NCBI RefSeq assembly: GCF_001194135.2
Contig: NC_068996.1
Span: 47,035,405-47,099,404, forward strand
Length of the DNA: 64,000 nucleotides
Direction of reading: 5' to 3'
Origin: Octopus bimaculoides
Lineage: Eukaryota
In this document: positions 63,821 to 64,000 of the stretch, in pieces
Position numbering within the stretch: the first letter of the stretch is position 1
Layout: the number at the start of each line of letters is the position of its first letter
Translations under genes and position numbers: made by a program
Notes under the pieces: generated by a model
What the model saw: only the letters and a program-made list of their open reading frames with translations
The model's database searches: none
What the model was told of the DNA's origin: nothing

Positions 63821-64000
63821 ACTTGGGGATGGTCATATTGCCAGTTTAGCCAATAAAAACACACGCAATGTATATTTGGTGTTAATTTGCTTCAGCTTTA
63901 TATTACATTAATCTTAAAGCTGAAGCAAATTAACACCAAATATACAGTGCGTGTGTTTTTATTGGCTAAACTGGCAATATGACCATCCCCAAGTACAACA
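63815..64000. repeat. Near-perfect inverted repeat (86-bp arms, 14-nt loop, 1 mismatch)
   Basis: 63815-63900 is the reverse complement of 63915-64000 except 63868/63947; may extend past the window end. Confidence 0.95.

Noticed and set aside
51142-64000. Search for the last ABHD11 exon (GHW.H motif), and in 1-9294 for the GHSMGG exon
   Set aside because: No matching exon found by eye; they are outside the window or in gaps.

Overview
AT-rich, microsatellite-dense animal DNA from a draft assembly with 19 N-gaps. The SINE/LINE families and repeat content look like a coleoid cephalopod (Octopus-like); this is an inference. The only host protein-coding sequence I can support is two + strand exons of an ABHD11-like alpha/beta-hydrolase (9295-9465 and 50960-51141), separated by a ~41.5 kb intron. 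The other exons are not visible here. The rest is intronic mobile-element debris: several tRNA-derived SINE families, RTE LINE 3' ends, a near full-length DD36E Tc1-type element, three mariner relics (one made of two 5' arms in inverted orientation), TTAA-flanked MITEs, several Penelope-like element (PLE) remnants (GIY-YIG, RT thumb) and long hairpins. The most interesting signal is a dispersed population of about ten minimal type I hammerhead-ribozyme motifs on both strands. They have covarying stems I/II and self-complementary stem III. Three are structurally complete (8894-8938 +, 30936-30995 -, 33947-33991 -), one sits in a ~499 bp tandem unit, and one family carries a non-canonical CUGUGGA core. 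Most ORFs in the supplied track are artefacts of microsatellites or N-runs.
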